The notes under the pieces: model-generated
Told to the model about the DNA's origin: nothing
Seen by the model: the letters and a program-made list of their open reading frames with translations, nothing else
Databases searched by the model: none
Origin: Chiloscyllium plagiosum
Taxonomy: Eukaryota
Length of the DNA: 38,008 nt
Assembly (NCBI RefSeq): GCF_004010195.1
Contig: NW_025214008.1
Span: 1 to 38,008 of the forward strand
Direction: 5' to 3'
Made by a program: the position numbers and the translations under genes
In this document: positions 24,330-36,419 of the stretch, piece by piece
How positions within the stretch are numbered: position 1 is the stretch's first letter
How the letters are laid out: every line of letters begins with the position of its first letter

Positions 24330-25350
24330 TTGATAGCGAAATGACAGTGCAATAAAAAAGGCGAAACTCTCCGAAAGTACAAAGAGTGCAAGTGGGTCCT
24401 TTTAAACGATGGGCAAATAAGGCCATTAATTAGCCTTGGCAGATCAATGAATAAAAAGTCACAAGGTATTCGATAAGTATAGTGAACCTAAGAGGATTCA
24501 CAGCTAAAAGGTGGCTCCTGTTCAGCATTCAAAAAGTCGAAAGGCATTGAAGCTGGAGAATTCATTTGGGTTGGTGAGGTTCCCGATCAATAAGGAGTAG
24601 GTATTATATGTATTCGCTGGCATAAATTTGAAGTCATCTCCAGTGCACAACGAAATGTGTCCCACAGTGCTAAGTGAGGGAAGGAGGAGAGTTTTGCGGC
24701 GCTGTCATATCTATTTAATAAGTTGCTGGCCACAGCTGGAGTGCAGAAGGACTGGCGCTTCGCTAACGTGATACAGCTTTTCAAGAAGAAGGGGAGGGAT
24801 GGACCAGGTAAATACAGAGGAAGATGATCCTTGAAGAATTCTGTCGAGCTTTTCTTTTTAAAATGGTTTATAAAAATAATGTTGGGGGCAGTGCAGATGA
24901 TGTATTTTACCTCGGATTCATGAAGGTCTTTGATAAGGTCCCTAATGGAATGATTGTCCAAAAGGGAGGAGCCCATGGGATCCAAGGCGAGTCGGTAAAT
25001 TGGATCCAAAATTGCAGTTTGATATCCTTTCACCAACGGTGTACCACAGGGATTTGTGCATAAGCCATTGGTATTTACTCTGTACCATGGTAACTTGGAC
25101 GTGAAACCTGAAGCTACAATTAGTATATTTGCAGATAATATGAAAGTTGGGATTGTTATCCACAGTGAGGCAGATGGTCTCAGGCTACAGTCTAATATCG
25201 ATCAGATGATAAACGCAGCAGAGTAATGGTAAGTGAAGTTTAATTCTAATAAATGTGAGGTAATGAGCGTTGGTAAATCTAATCAGCAAAGGGCGGAAAT
25301 AGTAAACGGTAGGTCAATGGCGGGTACTGCATAACAAAGGGATCTTGGTA
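24330..25350 (+). mobile_element. CR1 LINE ORF2 fragment (paralog of 12200-13660)
   Basis: DVFYLGFMKVFDKVPNGMIVQKGGAHGIQGESVNWIQN (ORF 24824-25063); AAGGACTGGCGCTTCGCTAACGTG (KDWRFANV). Confidence 0.85.
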
Positions 25351-25354
25351 AAAT

Positions 25355-26335
25355 GTTCTCAGGGTACTGAAGGTTCTGATGTAAATTTGCTGCCTGAGCT
25401 CGAAATTTCGTGTTCACATGTTTCGTTACCATACTTGGAAACACTATCAATGAGCCAAAAGTGGAGCACGGGTGTTAGTGCCACGCTTTCAATCTATGTT
25501 TTTACTTTTAATTCGGCTGGTGATGTCATTTGGTTTGGTGATGCCAATTCTTGTAGTGATGTCCTCTCCTGTTCTTTTCTCAGAGTCTCATCCAATTTGC
25601 TTGATGATAGAATGCCTGTTGGCATGCCATATTGATATGAATTCTCTGTGCATGTCCCTGTTTGGCCTTGTCCTCAGATAGATGTGATCCCACTCGAAGT
25701 GATGTATTTCTTCATCTGTATGTAAGGATCTTAGTGAGATTGTGTCATGTCGTTTTCTGGCTAGTTGATGGTAATGTACCCTGGTGGCTAGTTTTCATCC
25801 TGTTTGTCCAATGTAATGTTTGTTAAATTCTTGCAAGGTATTTTGTAATTGTCACGAGTTTGCTTGTCGCATGCATATTGTCTTTCAATTCATTAGCTTC
25901 TGTTTTAATTTGGTGGATAGTTTGTGAGTTACTATGATGCCAAGAGATCTGAGTCGTCTGGCAGTTATTTATGTCATTTCACTGATGTAGGGGAGAGTGG
26001 CAAATGTTTTCTGAATGCGATTTGCTTGCTTGTGTGTTGCAGAGAAATCCGTGGATAGTGTTCATTGGACAATATTTTCCACAATCTGAAAGAGCATGTA
26101 AAACAGGAAATGATAAACCCCCAGGAAATGATCTAACCAGAGGAAATGACGTCGCCAACCGAAGGAAGTCTAAACACATAAATATAAAGCTGATTACCAC
26201 CATCAGTGTATGTCCCGAGGGTAACTGATTATTGTTACCTACATTGTGACGCAACATCTAAAAGCAAAACTTGCACCCCAGCGAGTAAACTTGGATACAG
26301 AGCTTCAACCCGTGTGACAAATCTACGAGAAATTA
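25355..26335. mobile_element. Penelope-like element (GIY-YIG region on minus ~25355-26060, inverted 3' terminus on plus ~26060-26335), inserted only in copy B
   Basis: Antisense HYIGQTG (CCTGTTTGTCCAATGTAATG ~25799) and TLPYIS (ACTGATGTAGGGAGAGTGGC 25981). Plus-strand terminus AACAGGAAATGA...GGAAATGACGTC matches 19196-19215. The CR1 resumes at ~26339 (GATCCCTGAAG). Confidence 0.85.
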
Positions 26336-26419
26336 GCTGATCCCTGAAGATGTCAACACAGGTAGACAGGTTGTGGAAGGTATCTGAATTGGGGACAGGG
26401 CTGGGATTCTTATTTTATA

Positions 26420-29400
26420 GGGGCGAATTGCGAGAGATACTGAAGAAGACTTAAACTAGTCTGGCAGGGCAGTGTGACCTGAAACAGTTGTGATGACCAA
26501 AAGAAGGTGGAGGTTTTTACTGAACTTGTACTATAAGATGTGGTTAAACTAACTGACCACGGTACAGCGCTCCAGAAAACGTACTGCCAAATAAAGCTGT
26601 TGGGTTGTCACCTGCTGCTCTGAGATTTTTGACAGGCGTTCAAGAGAGCAACTTAAAAAGACAACACACGCGAGAGCACTGAAGGATGTGAGGGAAAATG
26701 ATGAATTGAACTGCATTTGTTTCAATGCAACGGGCCTGACAGGGCAGGAATAGGAACATGAGATTGGGATTCTATGGATATTATGAATTTCAGCTGAGTG
26801 AGGACAACACTGACAGCTCAATTTCCCAAGATACTGATGCTACTGGAAGGATAGAAATTGAGACAAAATTAGGGAAAACATGTCAATGGAAATAAGAGAA
26901 AATATTCCTGCGGGATTGCCCAGGGAATCTTCATTACTGGAATGAAAAAATAAGATTAGGTCTTCAGTTAGATGCAATTCTTCGACTGACCCCTCATAAA
27001 CATTGGGATATTGAGATGCAAATTTATCGGAGATCTCAGCCATCAGGAAGAAGAATAGGATTATAATGGTAATGTTTTTGTGTAACCTTTCCAATCCTTG
27101 ACGAGCAGAGCGACAATATGAAGCATTTCGACGGGAGAAATTTGCCAAGTGTATGCCAGACAACTTTCAATCAATATTAAATGGCCCAACAGGTGAAAGG
27201 GGCAGAAACTGACTTCCCTTTGGGAAACAAGGTCCGCAAATAATGAGGTGTGAATGGGTGAGCAATTTGGCAAAGTTTCTACGATCCTATTAATATGGAA
27301 ATATCTGTGGAAAAGGAGAGGGGTGGTCCAAAAGAGAAAGGTATAAAATAGGAGAACACCGATCTTGATAGTATTCGGCATGAACTTTCAAAAGATGTTT
27401 GGGGAAGCTACTTGCAATAGAAGTGAAGTTTGACACGTGGGTTGATATAAAAGTGAGATAAAATGAGCATTCAGGGTCCGCATGTTCCTACTAGAAAATA
27501 GGCTCGCGCTGAGGGAATTAGGAAACGTTGGCTGACAATTTTTGGCTCTGATGAAAAAAAACGAGTGCCATATCACAAACAGTCAGGTGGATCGAGTGAA
27601 TCCCTTCAGCATCATCGTGTTTGTAGCAATACACGTTGGATCGAAATCATGAACGCAAAAAAGGGGACATGAAGTATCTTTGAGTGAAAAGTTTAAGGAA
27701 TATCCAAAGAGATTTTACAAGTAAATTGAGAACAAAGACGTAATTGGGAGAAAATAGGGGCCCTCAAAGATCAATGCGGCCATCGATATCTGGAAGTATG
27801 GAGGATTTGTATGATCCGAAACAAGTATTTCACGTCACATGTTAGTGTAGAAAATTATACGGGAAGTCAGGGAACGAAATATCGATTTGTTAGACCACTA
27901 TTGGGATATTGCATGCAACTCAGGTCTCTGGGCAGAGAATGGTATTGTTGAAATTCATAGGTTTAAGAAAAGTTATGGAAGATGTTGCCAGGTTCGGAGA
28001 GTTTTATGTGCAGGGAGAGCCTGAATAGTCTTGAAATATTTTCACTGAAGCGTCACTGGGTGTTAGGTGACCTCACCGAGTTTTATGAAAGCATGAAGAG
28101 CATCGATAGGGTAAAGAAACAAGGTATTTTCCAATGTGTTTGCAAATATAAAACTAGAGGACATAGGCTTAATTTGAGAGGGAAAGATTTGAAATGGACT
28201 GAAGGGTTTTTGTTCTTGCAGACAGTGATACATGTACGGAATAAGTTGAAAAAGCAAGCAGAGGACATTAGTATAATTGCAACATTTAAAAGGCATTTGG
28301 ATGAATGGATGAATAGTAAGGGTTTAGAGCCACGTGTGACAAACGCTAGCAACAGAGATTACATTTATCTGGATTATCTGATCGGCATGAACGATTTGGA
28401 CTAATGGTCTCTTTCCCTGTTGTACATGTTTCTGACTTTAAAAAAAACCATATTTTAAGAAGAGGTGTTGATGAAGGTTTTATGACACAAAGGTAGTAAA
28501 GTCCCTAAGACCTGATCAAGTATATCACATAAATTGTACGAAAATAGGGAAGAGATTGATTGACGAGCCCCTGGCAGACATCTTTGTACATTTAAACCAA
28601 TGATTGATGTGCTGGAAGACTGGAGGGTGGCATGGTGGACAGTGAAGAAGGATTTCTAAGATTACAAAGTAAACTTGATGAAATCGGTGTATGGGTTTAA
28701 AATTGAAAGTGGAGTTCAATCTGGATAAATGTGAGGACTTGCATTTTGGTACAGCAAACGAAGGCAGACTTTATACACTTAAAGTTAAGGCTTTTCGCTG
28801 TGTTGTAGGACAGAGGATCTTCAGCCACATAATACTTTGACCTTTGCATCTCGTCGAGATAGGGTGGTTAAAAAAGGCCTTGGCACACTTGTCTTCGGTG
28901 CTCAGTATTTTGAGTTCAGTATTTAGGAAGTCATATACAGTGTTTCCAGAAGTGTAGTGAGGCGTGTTCTGGAATATTGCATCCAGTTCTGTTCGCCCAG
29001 TTATTTGAAGGATATCATTAATCTTCACAATTTTCAGCTCTCTATGCTGGGCATGGAAATTTCCACTCACAATGAAGGACTGGAGAGGCTGAGATGTTTC
29101 TCACTCGTGCCTGGAGGTTGAGAGGCGACCTCATAGGAGCCTTGTAAAATAATGAGGGCTATAGATACAGTAAATGTAATTTTATTTTCCCGAAGATGGG
29201 GAAGTTTCGAGACCAGGAGTCGTATATTTCAGTTTAGAGGAGAGAGACGTACATACAAAGACGTGGGAAAGGTTTGGAAGTGTATGGGCCCCGGAAGGGG
29301 CAGCTGGGAGGAGCGAAAATTCCGATTATGGTCGGCTTCATCCAAAGGATCAGTCGCGTGTTGTATGACTATGACTAAGAATATAATGCATTTTTGACCA

Positions 29401-30580
29401 ATCTTGAGACAAAGCAAGGGAACTAAACGCCAATTAGCTTGACGACAAATGTGTGTAAATTGTTGGAAGAGATTCTGTGGTCAGGACTGACACACATCTG
29501 GATAGGGAAGGATTGGTTATGGATAGTCAGCACGGCTTTATTAACGCAAATTCGTGTCTCACAAACTTGATTGAGTTTATTTAAGACGTGACTGAGAAGA
29601 TTGATTAATGCACTGCAATGACTACTTTAATGACTTCAGCAAGGCCTTTCACAGGGCTTAGCATAGAACACAGGTAAGCAAGTTAATATTAGAAAGGAAC
29701 AGGAAGATCCAGACAACTGGATACAGAATTGTCTTCAGGAAAGGAGAAGGAGAGTGGAGGTTCAGTGCTGTTGTTCAGACTGGAGGCATGTGACAAGCGG
29801 TATAGAGTAATGGTCTGCTCTGTTTCCACTGTTGTGTATCATTTACAGGAACAATTTTGGTGAAAGGATAGGAGGCACTTTCAATATTTTTGTGGCGACC
29901 AAACATTAGTGGGCAGTGAACACAGTTTACAAAGGGGATCTTGATCAACCGTACCATTCGGCCAAGGTCAGAATGTGAAGTTTAATTCAGGTGTTCGATG
30001 CGGTTAAGACAAACCAGGAAGGACTAACATAGTCAATGGTAGTGCCCCGGGCAACGTTGTCGAATGGAGAGAGAAAACAAGGGTGCAGTTGCAATTTACC
30101 TTGGAAGTGATATCACATGTGGATAGTGAAGTGAAAGCGGTATTTGGCACACATGACTTCATTGCTCAGAGTGTTGAGTCCATGGAGGAATTTCTAACAT
30201 TATCCTGAATAGATCCCTTTGGCAAATAGGCTTACAGGTTGCCATTATAATGGTTTATAAATCGATGCGGGGCATGCGTAAAGGGACTAGTCAAGGGTAG
30301 GCCAGTCCAAAAAAAAATTGTAAAACCTTGAATGAGAAAGCAAAGATTTAAATAGGGGCGTGACGTGCAATATATTCCCCAGAGAAAAGTACGTATATGG
30401 AAGGAACTGCTCGGCGAAATGGTAAAAAAAAGCAATTGCAAAATGTAAAAGACATTTGAACAGGTGCACAGAGAGGAGAACGTTCGAAGGGATGTGGGCC
30501 AATCGCGACTCATTCAGTTTACTAAACTTGGTCAGCATGGGCAAGTTGGGCCAAACGCTCTTTTTCAGTACATCATGGCT
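26420..30580 (+). mobile_element. Run of three decayed CR1 LINE fragments (~26420-28435, ~28445-29375, ~29385-30580), paralogous to 13700-17510
   Basis: ORF 27982-28404 (LEIFSLKRHWVLGDLTEFYESMKSIDRV...KTRGHRLNLRG); TTCAATCTGGATAAATGTGAG (FNLDKCE) ~28715; GATAGTCAGCACGGCTTT...TCGTGTCTCACAAACTTGATTGAG (DSQHGF..SCLTNLIE) ~29522. Confidence 0.82.
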
Positions 30581-31104
30581 CCATGCTTCCCGGTACTGCA
30601 GGCGGAGTCTACCGAGATAAGGTATATTTTAGAACTGAACCTCGTTACAGAGATAGGGCGGTCGTCTAGAATGGAACATTAATCGAATACGTAGAGGGAT
30701 TCTCGAGCGGAGAGGGGTTTACAGAGATAGGAACTGTTACAGGAGTTCGAATAATTGAAGACACTTGTCCACAAGACGTGTCATCAATACAGTGCTGGAG
30801 ACAGAACACAGAACAGAAAGATCCCACGTTACCACCCTCTCGTTGCAGGTCTGCTTTAACCTCTGTTGTACTGATCCTCCCAATGCGAACATAAGCTTGG
30901 ATTGATAACTGAACTCCCTATAATGTCTTTGCACAACAGAACGTAGTGTAAGTTTGGTGAATGAGCTTTGGAAATTTCCCCCACCCCCTCCCAACAAATA
31001 GCATCTATGGCATGTTATGTTCTCCCATGTTTTGGAGACCAAACTTTGTTCTCTGCTCTGTGTACTTAGAGTAAATTTACCTGCTGCGTGATTTTAAAAA
31101 AAAT

Positions 31105-33185
31105 GCCTGCAGACCACCCCACCCGTTCGATGAGGGCAAACATACCATATATCTTGTTGATCACTCTATCAGCCTGCACAACCACCTTAGTGTACAATGG
31201 AACTAAACTTCCAGATCTCTCTGTTCATCAACCTTTCCCATGGCTCATCCGTTTACAGAATGGTTTTGTCCAGAATTATACGTCCCAACATTTGTCCGAA
31301 ATGAACTCCATCGGCTACTTGTCTGCCAAACTCTCCAGTCTATCTAAATTCTCCAGTATGCTTTGACAATCTGCTGTGTTTCTGTTACGCTACCGATCCT
31401 CGTGTCATCTTCAAACATGCTGACCATACCAACAGAGCCATCTTCGAGATAATTTATGTGTATCACAACGAACAGTGGCCCAGCATTGATCCCGGTGGAA
31501 CATCACTGGTCATCTTTCTCACGAAGCACCTTTCAACTACTACTCGCTGTCTCCTGTTGCTCAAGCAGTTGTTTATCCACCGATCTAGATCACACTTCAC
31601 ACCGTGTGTCTTCATTTTCTCAATTAGTTTACCCTGGGAAACCTGATCAAACGCCTTACTAAAGTCCATGCATACACTGCATCCACAGCCATTTCTTCTT
31701 CTATCAACATGCTCACTTCCTCAAAGAACACTATCAAGTTGGTAAGGTAAGATCACTCCCGCACAATATCATAGTGCCTGTCACTGATACGCCCAGTATT
31801 TTGCAAATATGCATAGATGTCATCCCTCAGTACCTGTTCCAGCAACTTCCCTGCGACTGACTTCAGGCTCACTGCTCTGCAGTTAAATGGAATACCCCTA
31901 CTGTCTTTCTTTTACAGCGGGACCACACGAACAACTTGTCCGTCTTCCAGTTCTTCGTCTGTGTTTAAGGATGCTACAATATTTGTCAGGCACACAGCTA
32001 TTACTCTCCAGACACCCCCAGTTACATGGGATAGATCACATCCTGTCCAGGAAATGTGCCTAAGTTAATATCTTTTTACCGAATCAGCTCATCTTCCCTG
32101 CAAATGACAACTTTCATGATTTCCCCTGACTCAGTGAACACTGATACAAAGTAATCATTGAGAATCTCAGCCATTGTCTCAAGTTCAACACAAAACCTTC
32201 CTTCCTTATCCTTTAGTGACCAACACTTTTTCTCATGAACCTCTTGCTTCTTTAAGATAAATAAAAGGCCTTGAGATTCTCCTTAATTCTGGTTCCTAAA
32301 GTTATTTAATGGCTCATTATCACCCGCTTGAATCCTCAGTTCACATTGGACCTATTCGGCCGATATACCTCCAAGACCCATTCTGTTCTTAGCTATCTGG
32401 TCGTTGCATACGCGTCTCTGTTCTTCTTGGCTCGTCGCACGATTTGTCCTATCACTTTTGGTGAAACTATATTTGAACGCCTCCCACATATCAAATATGG
32501 ACTTCCCTTCAAATAGCTGCTCCTAATCCACATTTCGAAGCGCCTGCAAACTTTTGATGCAAAATTGGTCTGAGCCCTGTTTAACACTCTTTCCTTAGGA
32601 CCACTGTCAACTTGCTGTACGTGAATTCTAAAACTTACAAAATTGTTGCCTCTATTCCAGAAGAACTTGTGCAAACGGGCCTGGCTCTTTCCTCAACACA
32701 AGGCCCAGTATGGCCCCTTGCCTCATTGGACAATTGACATTCTGCTCTCGAAAAATGTACTGTACGCTGTTTTTAAATTCTGCCCATTCCAGACATGTGA
32801 CATAAATGTTTCCCAGTCAAAGTTGGAAAACTGAAAATCTGTCCTGTAATACTGTCTCAATGATGTTACTGCATCCTTCTTATTTCTCTGCACTACACAT
32901 ATTGCCTCACTGCTCACACCCTTCATTGTGCCCTCCTTTTGCACAGCCTTGATATTATCCTGGATCAGCAATGCAACTTCTCCACCCATTTTATTTCCCT
33001 CTCTGTCCTGTCTGTATCCTGGAAAGTTTTGTGGCCAATCGTGCCTTCCTTCAAACAAGTCTCTGTGATCGCGATAACGTCATACACGCAGGCTCCAATC
33101 CAAAGCCTAAGTTCATCAGCATTGCCCACAATACGCTTTTCATTAAAGCATATACACTTCAGACCAACAGTTCGTTTGCATTCAT
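31105..33185 (-). mobile_element. CR1 LINE ORF2 (endonuclease through RT), internally deleted and decayed
   Basis: HDWPQNFPGYRQDREGNKMGGEVALLIQDNI (ORF 32723-33058, APE domain); MDFSKAFDQVSQGKLIEKMKTHGV...NRRQRVVV (31463-31669). Confidence 0.88.
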
Positions 33186-33389
33186 CTACTCTCTGCCTAT
33201 CCTTCTGTTTGGTAATGTTATCTTCGTGTGATCCTAACGATCTCTCGTTTCCACCTCACAGACGAATAGAGTTCTCTTATGGTTTCATGTTGTACAATTG
33301 TTCAATGGCTGTAAAGAAACACCTGGAAACTATAGAAATAAGGCCAAGTTCTGTCCTGAATTCCTTGCTTGAGGACAAGTAAAAAAAAA

Positions 33390-34550
33390 ATGCATGCATT
33401 TGACTACGAGTATGGTTTTGTGAGTGAGAGGTCATGACTCGCAAATGCTTTAGATTTATTTAATGGAAGTGACTAGGAAAGTTGACGAGGGCTGGTCGGC
33501 AATAAAATTCTATATGGATTTCAGTCAGTGTTTTGCTATGTCTCCACGTGATAAGCTGCTCGGAAAGGTTAGATCACATGGAATTCAGGATAAGCTGGCA
33601 AGTTGGATACAAGATTGGTTGATGACAGGGAGCAGAGTGCAATATTGGAAGGAGTGGAGGCCTGTGACGAGTATAGTTCCTCAGAATTCGGTGTTGGGGC
33701 CAATGCTGTTTGATGTCGATATCAATGATTCAGGTGAAAATGTGCAAGGTATGATTAGCAAGTTTGCAGATGATACTAAAATAGGCAGTATTGTGGACAG
33801 TGAGGAAGGTTCTCAGTAATTGCAGCAGGAACTTGACCAGATGTAAAGGTTTCCTCTGAAATAGACAATAGAGTTCAATATACATAAGTGTGAGGTGTTG
33901 CACTTTGGAAGTAGTTTCAAACCAAGGTAGAAGTTTCATGGTGAATGGCAGGGAGTTAATTAGGGTTGTGGAAGTGAAGGACCTTGGTGTTCAGTCTCAC
34001 ATTTTTCTGAAAGTGGAGTCAAAGGTAGAATGGACGGTGATGAACGCTTTTGGCACACAGACCTTCATCTGGCAAGGCATTGAGTAAAGATAGATGGGAA
34101 GTGATTTTTCAGTTATGCAATACGTTGGTGAGATCACACTTGGAATACTAGAAGGAGTGCAGAAGAAATGTGACTCGGAATCAGAGGTCTGAGTTATGGG
34201 GAGACGTTGGACAATTTAGAACATATTTCTTTAGAGCATAGGGAAATGAGGCAGGACTTATTCAGATGCACAAGATCATGACAGACAAGCATTGGGCGTA
34301 TGCAGTCAGACATTTTTTCTAGCACTGGGGATTGGAGGACGAGTGGGCATCATTTGAAGGTTAGAGAGAAAAACATAAAAGGGGAACTGCAGAGGAACAT
34401 ATTTACACAGTGGGTGGTACGCTTATGGAATGAGTTGCAACCTGAAGTGGTTGAAGCAGCTGCATTCACAATATTTAAATGGCATTTGAATGAACACTTA
34501 GCTCGGTCTGGAACAGCTTGGACCAAAGGCTCTATCTCTGACCTGTAGGT
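33390..34550 (+). mobile_element. CR1 LINE RT-to-3' end fragment
   Basis: ORF 33463-33819 WRPVTSIVPQNSVLGPMLFDVDIND...MISKFADDTKIGSIVDSEEG; ORF 34300-34548 RTSGHHLKV...RNIFTQWVVRLWNELQPEVVEA. Confidence 0.92.
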
Positions 34551-34833
34551 CGCTAAAACGCTAAGATTATGTACTCCAGGTACAGTCTCACTAAGACTGC
34601 TTGCAGCTGCAGTATCTTTTCAGTATCTTTCCAACATTACCTTTATAATATTTGCCAACATTCCAACTTTCTGCCTTTTCAGCTGGTACAGTAATAGCGC
34701 CAGTGGGCTGAATGACCTCCTCCTATCCGTCCGCACCAGGCACATTGGGGCCATCACCGACACCATTAACGGCTCCAGAGAAAGGGAGAGGAGAGTTCAG
34801 AGTCTGAGAACAAGAGATTTGAATGTACATAAA

Positions 34834-35014
34834 ATGAATCAAAGTGTGAGAACAATCGATTGCAATGTTCTAACAATTGCCAAAGGTTTACCTGAGGCTA
34901 TTTGGTACCTTGCGACCTATTATAACCAATGGTCATTATCACAGCGGATCAAAATTTCACTTCTAATTGTTCAACATTTTTATTATCCTATCCTGGCTAT
35001 CGTTGGTGTCCCTG
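34834..35014 (+). CDS. First coding exon of a GPR139/GPR142-like class A GPCR (N-terminus and start of TM1); partial, the rest lies beyond the window
   Basis: First in-frame ATG at 34834 gives MNQSVRTIDCNVLTIAKGLPEAIWYLATYYNQWSLSQRIKISLLIVQHFYYPILAIVGVP, then CCT G|GTAAGT (phase-1 donor at 35015). There is an N-glycosylation sequon NQS. YYPILAIVGVP parallels GPR139 TM1 YYSLLLCLGLP-AN (recalled). No TE similarity seen. Confidence 0.82.
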
Positions 35015-35020
35015 GTAAGT
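35015..35020 (+). other. Canonical 5' splice donor GTAAGT
   Basis: CTG|GTAAGT immediately after the GVP codons; perfect intronic consensus. Confidence 0.8.
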
Positions 35021-35149
35021 ATCACTGCCTATTATTATTTCTATTAACCATGTTTAAATGTATTACTGTTTTTTTAAATTTACTTAACACTCGTTTCCAC
35101 TGACATTCTTATTGAGACATCGAGTCCGGTTATTCAGTCGACAAACCAC

Positions 35150-35640
35150 TACTAACCACATCTGTGAAATTGGTCATCTGCACTCTCCCTCTTTGATCCT
35201 GACACTGTCCTTCGTGGATCTCTGTGTTGACCGTTAAAATTTCATCTTTGAACCATGATTCATTGCATCCCTGCTCTTGTTATTTAAATACTTGTAGCCT
35301 GAAGGCCACTATCTTCTGTCTTGTTTGCAAACTCGGTTTCCTTCTCTGACTCCATTGCATGCCTCAGCAATATTTGCGGCTGAGATGAGTTCCAGATGTG
35401 ATGATCCCTTTAACCATGAGATGATTCCTGAAATCATATCCTGTCTATTCATAATTTTAACAACTAACACTTCCAGAATATATTTTACACGTTCACCCAT
35501 CTTCTACTTGAACCTGGAGCTATGAAAAACAGTCTTAATAACACCAATAACCTGCTGATGACACTCCTAACCCCAAAACTGAATATGCAATTCTGAGTCA
35601 ATTTTCCACGTAATGTATCCGAACCGACACAAAACTCCCA
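35150..35640 (-). mobile_element. Very decayed CR1 LINE 3' fragment (in the predicted intron)
   Basis: Antisense residual similarity, e.g. CTATTCATAATTTTAACAAC ~35445 and CTGAATATGCAATTCTGAG ~35579. Confidence 0.45.
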
Positions 35641-36419
35641 TCCATCCATCATTCCTCTGCGTACTGCAACATATTGTTATTGCGTTTGGCAAAGCCTTTC
35701 TGTTCGTCTTCAGAAGCACGTGATCACATCTGTCAGTGAAATGTCCCTCAGTCTCGGTTTGGACTAATCAAGTCTGCGCTGCACAACATGACTGATAGTT
35801 GCCCATGGATAATGCAGCAGAATGTATCTGACAGCAGATAGGGCGCGTAGAAATGTCACAAGTGGAGGAATAGTACCTCTGTAACCTCAAGATCAGCAGC
35901 AGTTTTTGACGCACAAGATAAACAAAAAAACATTTCAAACTAATTAGATGTTTCTCCGAAATAAGTTAATCAGTCCGGCACAATATTAAAAGTAGGCTTT
36001 AGTCAATATCTTCATAGAATCATAGATTTCGAAGTAGTTATAGTTCCAGAAACCTTTAAAAGCAGTAGACGAAAAGATTCAAATGAGTTTCGGACGGAAA
36101 GGATGATCATTATCCCCACTCTCATCAAAACAGAAAGGTATGCACATAGTGGTTAGTAGAAATTGGAATGTAGTTTGAATGAACACACTGGGGCACAATT
36201 TGTTAGAATAAAGTATAACATGAGATGTAACCACGTAACTTTTCTGGGACTGAACAAAACTCAAGTTCTTGAGAATAGTAAGACGTTTCCTGAAGTAGTG
36301 GGGAAGAATGCATACATTGACAGTTAACATGGAGAAAGAGCACCTGACAAATGTTAGTTAAATATAGCATTCATTGTGGAAACCTCAAAAAGAAAGACCA
36401 GAAAGTCTGGGAAAACATT

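Larger units (their letters stand above)
21810..31100 (+). repeat. Segmental duplication, copy B (direct repeat of ~5300-18040)
   Basis: Same colinear anchors as copy A. Non-TE-looking flanks also align: GAACTCCATAATCCGATCAACAAGATCTCAG (21810) vs GAGCTCCAGATTCAGCTCAGCAAGATCCCAG (5301); CTCTGTTGTACTGATCCTC (~30861) vs CTCTGTTGTCTTGATGCTC (~17800). Confidence 0.85.

Noticed and set aside
326..34548. Intact, active retrotransposon ORFs
   Set aside because: All RT, endonuclease and GIY-YIG matches are short, frameshifted or stop-containing; no ORF exceeds about 150 aa.
34819..35103. ORF-track 94-aa single-exon protein with two hydrophobic stretches
   Set aside because: It starts at TTG and reads through a perfect GTAAGT donor into T-rich intron-like sequence. 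Only 34834-35014 is supported as coding.
35700..36400. Intronic non-repeat segment as GPCR exon 2 (e.g. acceptor TTCGTCTTCAG at ~35713, or ORF 36079-36330)
   Set aside because: The phase-1 continuation hits a stop within 9 codons. The listed ORF is on the wrong strand and has no 7TM motifs.
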